A DNA stretch of 13,519 nt from Candidatus Krumholzibacteriales bacterium (GTDB taxonomy: Bacteria; Krumholzibacteriota; Krumholzibacteriia; Krumholzibacteriales; WJIX01). Shown here in pieces: positions 8,301 to 13,519 of the stretch (position 1 is the first letter of the stretch; every line of letters begins with the position of its first letter). The notes beneath the pieces were generated by a model that was given only the letters and a program-made list of their open reading frames with translations, had not been told where the DNA came from and did not search any database. The position numbers and the translations under genes were made by a program. The DNA lies in the NCBI GenBank assembly GCA_046483305.1, contig JAWODM010000012.1, forward strand, positions 1-13,519. The letters are read 5' to 3'.

Positions 8301-10625
8301 CCGGAGGCAGACCCGCCCTCGGTCTCAGCGGGAGAAACTGTCACCTTCACCGTGGATGTAACCGGTGGTGGCGACGGCATAGGAGATGTGCTGATGGATC
8401 TGTCTCCTCTGGGAGGTTCACGCTTCCAGCGGCTGGTCGACGACGGAACCAACGGAGACGCCTCCGCCGGAGACGGAACCTACAGCCACCTCTACATGAT
8501 AGATCCCCAGACATCCAGCGGGGAGTACCGGATGGAAGTCTCAGCCAGGGACGAATCCAATATATCGAGAGCGGACACTACCATATCTTTAGAGGTGGAG
8601 GGTACCCTGAATATGATAAGAGCTTTTGCCGACTCCACCGGCGACGACCACGGGCCAAACCAGTTCGGCAAGGGAGGATTGTATTATTATTACCCCACCA
8701 ACAGCGTTTTTGTGAACAGCGCGTTCGACATAAGGCAGACCAGGATATTCGAGACCAGCAAGATAGTGGCAGGAGAAGTGATCCCCAGTTTCGCCTTCGA
8801 GGTAACCTGCGGAAACGTTCCCGACCCGGCCGACGAGGGAACCGCCGACTGGAACCCGCTTTACGCCGATATCAATATCCACAAGGTGGACATATACATA
8901 GACGCCTTCAAGGGAGGGGCCACCGAAGGGCTTCCCAACCGCCAGAACGATTTTGCCAGGTGGGACGCCTGGGATTACGCAATCGTGATGGAGGGCTGGT
9001 ATAAAGGAGTTATAACTTCGGAAGGCAGGAACACCCCGGAAGCGTGGGCTTCCAATGTCCAGAAATCGGATCAGGATATCGTTCTGATAACAGATTTTGA
9101 GAATAATACCATTACAGGAGTAGTCTCCAAAGAGGCGCTGGGCAATCCCACTCCGGAAGATATCCAGGACTGGGATATTATGGTGGTCATGACCGGCCAC
9201 GACGGCCACAGCGACGACACCAACTTCGGCGATACCAGGTGGGTCAACGAGAGTACCGGGGAATGGCAGTTCGGAGGCGGGGACGACAGCGACCGGGATG
9301 CCAATATCATCGATCTCTCCGTTTCACCGGGAGTGGGCAGAAACCCCGGAAGAAGCCAGAGCGAAATGCTCAATTACAGAACAGCGGCCGCTCAGGCCCG
9401 CTCGGAGGAGGGTGAAACCGCGGTCATACTTGAAACCACCATGTTCGAAGATCAGGGGCCCCCGGTAATAACGGTAAGGGACAGGACTGAAGAAACTGTG
9501 CCGTTCATAGCCCTGGTCAACTCCCCGCTCTACTTCACCGCTGAAATATCGGATGACGACGAAGTCTCCGGAGCGACTTTCAGCTGGCGTTCGGTATCCG
9601 ACACCACCGCAGAATGGCCCCATGTGCTAAAGATGGGATACGCGGGAAGGGATATCTGGAGCGTGGACCTTCCGGTACAGCAGCTGGAGGAAGAAGTGCC
9701 GATCGCGCCATTCGACAGCACCAGGAATATTGAATTCATCATCGAAGCTTCAGACCCTTCCGGCAACGTAGCCATCACTCCCCTATACACCATGGAAATA
9801 CCTCCCAGCGTGGAGTACTACCGGACTGACAGCCTGGACACCGGAAGCGATATCCTGGTGATGTGCCCGGAGGGGACATTCATAGAGATCCCGTCAAACT
9901 CCGTACCGTACTCCGTAAGGGGAACCCCGGCTTACCTGAAGCTGACGCCCCATTACCTCTCCGAATTCAACCGTCCGGCCGGAAAAGTCTCCTCCATAAA
10001 TGTTCTCAGAACGATCAGAGTGGAGACCGCCGGCGGCGAAGAGATCAGCGAGTTCAGGGAAGCTATATGGATTTCGCTGCACTATCCGCAGTACTCCATC
10101 GAAGATATAGACGAAAACCTGCTGGGTATATACAGGTATAATTATACTACCGGCACCTGGATATACCAGGGAGGCAATGTAAATCCAAACGGAAACCTGA
10201 TCACACTGCAGACCACTAAACCGGGCACCTTCGGAATATTCTACTCGCCGGATTTCAAATACGCCCCGGCAGAGGTCTTCTCCGGGGTTACCTTCTCCCC
10301 CAACCCCTTCTCCCCCAACGGTGACGGGGTTTATGACGAAACCAATATAAGTTTCTTCCTGACAGAGGAAGCTACAGTTACCATAGAGATATTCGACGTA
10401 GAGGGAAACAGGGTAAGAAGACTGATAGAGCGGGCCCCCTACACAGCGGAAGACTCCAGGGACAGCCGCCCCAGAAGAATCACCGGCATTACCTGGGACG
10501 GAAGGAACAATATGGGCAATACCGTGCCGTTCGGGATTTATATATGCAGGTTCACGGTAAGCTATCAGATGGGCGGCGGTCAGAGAACTATCAGACAGAA
10601 CAAGGCAGTGGCGGTGGTAAGATAA
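5343..10625 (+). CDS. Large secreted multidomain putative alpha-glucan-binding surface protein with T9SS type-B/FlgD-Ig-like C-terminal domain
   Basis: Modules recognised by eye, boundaries approximate. Sec signal (VSLA|RP). CBM9/DOMON-like N-terminal domain (PVIDG..DW..DIDNLWATYDSLNLYIG, ~5410-6050). Two carboxypeptidase-regulatory-like sandwiches (~6057-6578). Two invasin Big_1-like repeats (QLLDISGNPV, QLVDQYGNPV; ~6985-7615). Second DOMON-like region (~7620-8270). DDGTNGDASAGDGTYS choice-of-anchor-X-like module (~8283-8603). Glucodextranase-C-like domain (~8625-9380). Ig-like and ZU5-like modules. CTD with PNPFSPNGDG..WDGRN..VPFGIY (~10270-10622). Highly acidic. Confidence 0.8.
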   Translation: MKKSALIILSLLLIISVSLARPFKTPVIDGVITGDGSDWDYDDLRVDDPLEDTAWESNDIDNLWATYDSLNLYIGIRYQVSGNAMLIMVDAGTGTGTGDINNLDWYPRNFNFPDSLSCEFLIANWDGGELGVRRITGDTSTEDITSSCETANLSAGNFFYEGELRIPWDVIYGGGPGEVAGNAAVRLVAVIAGGDNWNGPDSAPDNPGMDGSGSPTTIYNMYILPVDRNGDGMPDPFRGSISGNVSLDDPQDNSTVVNLSLYYQGSAQLVEQTETAPGGGDYTFLRLKDASYMVSASAPGYATINRSGLAVSGQAPLTGVDFLMTQAGKITGEVAFADGPGNAGTVAAYDSVTGAIAGLGEVDIPASGGSFELEVPDGTYYVVGRAPGYVPDTTMAVVESSDSVYVGTISLNTVRATGMVLTDEDGDEISSISTTVSFPDSGIYFYAAARVEARDDQGRLDLFDAAGILDQVALRATKLDNYSPPRGDVRFYDRDTVPLPGSTISITGGTGEFLISDNQIEVLRIFTESEADSVRGRFKLGVRSAEPEFVSLSSVTDTIVADNTDEAAIEGQLLDISGNPVQIAGIDVNFSVAPSSTGEGTFKIPAVQTNAEGRFSASLTATGAGNIDVTASCIYNNRELEVTGEDGEDYVRITALAGDPVSIVLSSESERMGLEQSMNIYAQLVDQYGNPVTRGGYSLTFSHDPPEAGTIQPSFAELDSEGSAAVTFTSDTTRSAVSVTAQSSPPIEVEGISFMIEKILLFTDPPAPEPDPAHNSIPQMDLTTVTLSNTSEAINITASFSTDFSGVHMIVLLETGYGGAGYGGTDDPFGFPVSYQHPNKPDYALTYKYSSDDYADLRFWDGEWVWWDDGAGEYRNQSQGWVEGVDIQSSWITREAESVNISIPLYIFDSLEYPDSLGVQVYITQEEDTKRSAFDSAPHDSTLDIDFDPLSPGADWSITETPVALRYYSERYPLELDFPAPPVLSNPEADPPSVSAGETVTFTVDVTGGGDGIGDVLMDLSPLGGSRFQRLVDDGTNGDASAGDGTYSHLYMIDPQTSSGEYRMEVSARDESNISRADTTISLEVEGTLNMIRAFADSTGDDHGPNQFGKGGLYYYYPTNSVFVNSAFDIRQTRIFETSKIVAGEVIPSFAFEVTCGNVPDPADEGTADWNPLYADINIHKVDIYIDAFKGGATEGLPNRQNDFARWDAWDYAIVMEGWYKGVITSEGRNTPEAWASNVQKSDQDIVLITDFENNTITGVVSKEALGNPTPEDIQDWDIMVVMTGHDGHSDDTNFGDTRWVNESTGEWQFGGGDDSDRDANIIDLSVSPGVGRNPGRSQSEMLNYRTAAAQARSEEGETAVILETTMFEDQGPPVITVRDRTEETVPFIALVNSPLYFTAEISDDDEVSGATFSWRSVSDTTAEWPHVLKMGYAGRDIWSVDLPVQQLEEEVPIAPFDSTRNIEFIIEASDPSGNVAITPLYTMEIPPSVEYYRTDSLDTGSDILVMCPEGTFIEIPSNSVPYSVRGTPAYLKLTPHYLSEFNRPAGKVSSINVLRTIRVETAGGEEISEFREAIWISLHYPQYSIEDIDENLLGIYRYNYTTGTWIYQGGNVNPNGNLITLQTTKPGTFGIFYSPDFKYAPAEVFSGVTFSPNPFSPNGDGVYDETNISFFLTEEATVTIEIFDVEGNRVRRLIERAPYTAEDSRDSRPRRITGITWDGRNNMGNTVPFGIYICRFTVSYQMGGGQRTIRQNKAVAVVR

Positions 10626-10626
10626 T

Positions 10627-11517
10627 ATGTCCGGTTACGGAAAAAGAATAATAACGGCTATATCTGCGGCGGTGATACTGATTTCATGCCGCGCCGGGGA
10701 GCTCCGGGCCGATTTCCGCCATGCCAGGATGGGCCCCCGCCCCAGGGCGATGGGGTCCGCCTTTGTGGCGGTTGCCGACGACGCCAACTCGGTCTACTGG
10801 AACCCGGCGGGGATGACCCAGGTAAACAGGTTCGAGGCGATCGGCTGCCGGACCAGCCTGTACGATGTGGAAGGGCTTTCCAACGATTATATTACAGCGG
10901 TATACAATTTGCCCCGTTACATGGCCCTCGGGTTCAGCTGGGTGCGCCTTGGACTGGAAGATATCTACCATGAGGACACCATAAACATGGCGCTGTCCGG
11001 AAAGGTCCCCTCCATAAGGGGGCTGTCCGTCGGAGCCAGCGTCAAGATGTTCCTGCTGGCCGCCCCCGGTTACGAAAAATACAATGACCCGGCTTACGAC
11101 GGAAGGGTTATCGAGCCCAGCTACGATATAGGTGTTCATTACGCCCCGGCTGATAACTGGTCGGTGGGAGCGGTAGTATACAATATATCCGAGCCGAAGA
11201 TGGCTCTCCTGAAAACCACCCAGAACCCGGACCCCATTCACCGGAATATAGCGGTGGGGGTGCAATACGTTTTCCGTGATGTGCTGATGATGACATACGA
11301 TATCAAGACCAGGTTCGGGGACCCGGGAGATACCGAGGGGAGAATCGGCGGAGAGGTATGGTTTTTCAACACGGTGGCGCTCAGGGGCGGTTTCAAGCAG
11401 GACCGGATGACCGCCGGCCTGGGGCTGAAGCACACCTTCTGGCAGCTCGATATCATGCTGGAGACACACAATGAACTGGGTAATATGTATCAACTTTCGG
11501 CTACTGTGAGATTATGA
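10627..11517 (+). CDS. PorV/PorQ (FadL-like) family outer-membrane beta-barrel, probable dedicated T9SS partner of the upstream protein
   Basis: Signal peptide, then GPRPRAMGSAFVAVADDANSVYWNPAGM, the N-terminal signature of PorV/PorQ/FadL-type barrels; amphipathic strands (GGEVWF..ALRGGF..TAGLG); starts 1 nt after the upstream stop (TAAtATG). Confidence 0.8.
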   Translation: MSGYGKRIITAISAAVILISCRAGELRADFRHARMGPRPRAMGSAFVAVADDANSVYWNPAGMTQVNRFEAIGCRTSLYDVEGLSNDYITAVYNLPRYMALGFSWVRLGLEDIYHEDTINMALSGKVPSIRGLSVGASVKMFLLAAPGYEKYNDPAYDGRVIEPSYDIGVHYAPADNWSVGAVVYNISEPKMALLKTTQNPDPIHRNIAVGVQYVFRDVLMMTYDIKTRFGDPGDTEGRIGGEVWFFNTVALRGGFKQDRMTAGLGLKHTFWQLDIMLETHNELGNMYQLSATVRL

Positions 11518-13130
11518 GAATCAGAATAACGTCAATAATGATAACATTTGCGCTCCTGGCACTGGCTGCCGCGCCGGCCTCCGCGGTTAACAAGCTGGAG
11601 GGTTACTATGAGATGGAGGCCTCCATCCAGAAAACCGACCAGCACTGGAAATTCGGGCCGCCGGGCGGAGAAGGGATGCCCAAGCATTACGTGGAGTTCA
11701 AATACCTCAGCTGGCCGTATACCAACCTGGAATCGTTCTTCAAACTGAGGGCGACATCGAACCGCGACGACAACCTGACCCCCGAGAGCGAGTTCAAGAA
11801 CCCGGCTTTCATAGGGGCGGAGGGCCACCTGAAACTGAACGGCGAAAATTGGGAAAGCTACCTGTTCTACCGCCAGAACAGGTTCTGGATACATGACGAC
11901 CTGATATTGAATCTGGTGGACCAGAACAAACTCAAGAACGATAACTGGGGGCCGCAATCCAGCGGGATAAGGCTCGATTTCTGGGACCGCGACCTCTGGA
12001 AGGTAAGCGGGCTGGGAGGAACGGTTATCTACTCCGATGACGGGGGAACCTTCAGCTGGAATACCGGTTACAATTTCCCGGACGGCACCGACAACATCAT
12101 ATTGAGGTTGAAAAAGGATTCCTTCAATGAGAGGCTGAGTGTCGGAACCATGTACCTTCGCAAGGACTGGACAAATACCGGCACCAAGCTTGAGGAAGAG
12201 AGGCAGCATTACCTGAATACAAGTTACAATCAGTTGTTTTCATGGGATATAAGCCTCCACCCCAGAAACTTCATGAGGAATGGGACCAGACTGGGGCCCC
12301 TGAACATAGATAACTCAAGCTGGATATTCCAGTACGCAATCAGCGACGACCCCTACCAGATAGAAACCGACGACACCAGGGGCGATAAGGATAAGGACGC
12401 CTTCTCCCTGGAGGTCAGGAATATACGTCTTTCGGCCCTGACCATGCACGCCTGGTACAACGATTTCGGAATCAATTTCAGGGATTATATGTCGTACAGG
12501 TTCGACGAGGGGAATGAATACAACCGGAGGCAGTACCACATCGAAGGTTTCTATCTCTTCCCCAGGAAGGCGGTAACCGCGACGGTATCATACGACTACT
12601 ATGAGAGAAAAGAGATTGTCAAAGGCGAGGAAACCGGCAACCTCAGGCCTACCTACAACTTCTACAGCGAACTGTATATAGAATTCATCAAGGGTTTCAA
12701 GGGCAAGATCGGGTACAACCGGTGGCACGGTTTCGACGGTTCGGCGGAAATCTTCGATTTCTATACCTATCCTAACATATTCGCCGAGCTATCCGTGGAA
12801 AACAAGCTGGCCAAGGTCCGGGTGCAGGGCAGGATCCGCGACTTCAACACCTTCCGGGAGGTATACGCCTACGGATTCGATATGGAATTCAACGCCACCG
12901 GCAGGCTGAAAGGTTATTTCAGGCTGCTCAACGTAAATGAGAAGACAGAGGCGAGGGCGACAGTCTTCGCCCAGATAAGATACGATATCGGTTATGGGGC
13001 GGAGTGCTTCCTTGAATACGGAGCGCCCTGGGACAGCGACCACCTGGTAAACACCGACGCTTTCGTCAACGAGGGTTCCGGCACCCGTCTTAATAATATG
13101 ACCAAGCTGTTTCTTAAACTCTATTTCTAG
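11514..13130 (+). CDS. Uncharacterised outer-membrane beta-barrel protein (candidate oligosaccharide porin)
   Basis: SPase I signal (APASA|V); alternating aromatic/hydrophobic strands throughout; C-terminal beta-signal KLFLKLYF ending in Phe; ATGA overlap with the upstream gene. No family recognised. Confidence 0.7.
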   Translation: MRIRITSIMITFALLALAAAPASAVNKLEGYYEMEASIQKTDQHWKFGPPGGEGMPKHYVEFKYLSWPYTNLESFFKLRATSNRDDNLTPESEFKNPAFIGAEGHLKLNGENWESYLFYRQNRFWIHDDLILNLVDQNKLKNDNWGPQSSGIRLDFWDRDLWKVSGLGGTVIYSDDGGTFSWNTGYNFPDGTDNIILRLKKDSFNERLSVGTMYLRKDWTNTGTKLEEERQHYLNTSYNQLFSWDISLHPRNFMRNGTRLGPLNIDNSSWIFQYAISDDPYQIETDDTRGDKDKDAFSLEVRNIRLSALTMHAWYNDFGINFRDYMSYRFDEGNEYNRRQYHIEGFYLFPRKAVTATVSYDYYERKEIVKGEETGNLRPTYNFYSELYIEFIKGFKGKIGYNRWHGFDGSAEIFDFYTYPNIFAELSVENKLAKVRVQGRIRDFNTFREVYAYGFDMEFNATGRLKGYFRLLNVNEKTEARATVFAQIRYDIGYGAECFLEYGAPWDSDHLVNTDAFVNEGSGTRLNNMTKLFLKLYF

Positions 13131-13142
13131 AAGGATTGCGAC

Positions 13143-13205
13143 ATGAATTTGAAAAGAAGAAAAAAGAAAATCAAAACTGTCTGTCCGCGGGGAGCGGAAA
13201 GATGA
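13143..13205 (+). pseudogene. Possible truncated start of a fourth operon gene (MNLKRRKKKIKTVCPRGAER*)
   Basis: AAGGA at 13131-13135 directly after the previous stop, ATG 13143, basic n-region-like start using AGA/AAA codons, stop after 20 codons. Confidence 0.3.
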
Positions 13206-13247
13206 CAGAAACCCATTGGAATTTTCGAGACAAGAAGGAGAGACGCC

Positions 13248-13519
13248 ATGTCTTTCAAGACCCGTATGCTGGGGGCCGTTTCCGCCGCCGTTCTTAGCCT
13301 GAGTGCCCTGCCTGCCTTTGCGGATGGAATCGAGGTGCATGACGCCTACGCCCGTGCATCGTCGATGATGTCGAGTTCGGGCGCGGCCTTCATGGTCATC
13401 CATAATGACGGCGGTTCCGACGATCATCTGGTCGATGCCCGGTCGGATGTGGCCGACAAGGTCGAATTGCACACCCATCGCGAAGATGAAAACGGGGTGA
13501 TGCGGATGATCCATGTCGA
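13248..13519 (+). CDS. Partial periplasmic copper chaperone PCu(A)C (3' end outside window)
   Basis: Manual translation: MSFKTRMLGAVSAAVLSLSALPAFA|DGIEVHDAYARASSMMSSSGAAFMVIHNDGGSDDHLVDARSDVADKVELHTHREDENGVMRMIHV. Signal peptide plus the DAYAR..GAAFM..D.L..A.S.VA.KVELHT..GVMRM pattern of PCu(A)C; AAGGAG RBS at 13235-13240. Confidence 0.9.
   Translation, partial: MSFKTRMLGAVSAAVLSLSALPAFADGIEVHDAYARASSMMSSSGAAFMVIHNDGGSDDHLVDARSDVADKVELHTHREDENGVMRMIHV

Noticed and set aside
10291..10319. 14-bp direct repeat CCTTCTCCCCCAAC with 15-nt period
   Set aside because: Encodes the FSPNPFSPN motif of the CTD; only two copies, not a CRISPR array or VNTR.
5343..10625. Calling the large protein an amylopullulanase or glucodextranase
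   Set aside because: Only accessory domains were recognised; no catalytic GH motifs seen.
10627..10710. Lipobox-like LISC in the PorV-like protein
   Set aside because: An SPase I-like site (ELRA|DF) just before the conserved motif fits a beta-barrel better; unresolved without SignalP.
10684..12209. 269-aa and 225-aa minus-strand ORFs
   Set aside because: Antisense to the two barrel genes, which have signal peptides and translational coupling.
11514..13130. Calling the barrel SusC/TonB-dependent receptor or LamB
   Set aside because: No evident plug or TonB box, short for SusC, and no LamB motifs I can recognise.
13177..13208. Hairpin TCCGC/GCGGA with outer CTGTC/GACAG as an intrinsic terminator
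   Set aside because: Short interrupted stem with no U-tract on the + strand, and it lies at the suspected junction.
12789..13514. 241-aa minus-strand ORF
   Set aside because: Spans the antisense of both the barrel gene and PCu(A)C; no recognisable features.
1..13519. CRISPR arrays, tRNA/rRNA genes, transposases, integrases
   Set aside because: No repeat-spacer periodicity, RNA-gene signatures or recombinase motifs seen by eye.

Overview
Bacterial window, probably from an FCB-group diderm (inferred from the T9SS-like C-terminal domain and PorV/PorQ-like partner; taxonomy not verified). It carries a putative alpha-glucan (maltodextrin/starch/dextran) utilisation locus. The carbohydrate ABC importer has malK on +, convergent with malE-malF-malG on -, and MalE is a lipoprotein. 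Divergently transcribed from malEFG is a tightly coupled operon: a 1760-aa secreted multidomain protein (CBM9/DOMON-like, Ig-like, glucodextranase-C-like modules, T9SS/FlgD-type CTD, no recognisable catalytic domain), a PorV/PorQ-like beta-barrel and an unassigned 538-aa outer-membrane barrel. No SusC/SusD pair is present in the window. A 148-bp MITE-like inverted-repeat element lies between malK and malG. Two partial genes missing from the ORF track flank the locus: an HNH/DUF222-like protein at the left edge and a PCu(A)C copper chaperone at the right edge. The chaperone's codon usage differs from the upstream genes and it follows a 20-codon gene-start-like stub, suggesting a chimeric or horizontally transferred junction near 13180-13240.
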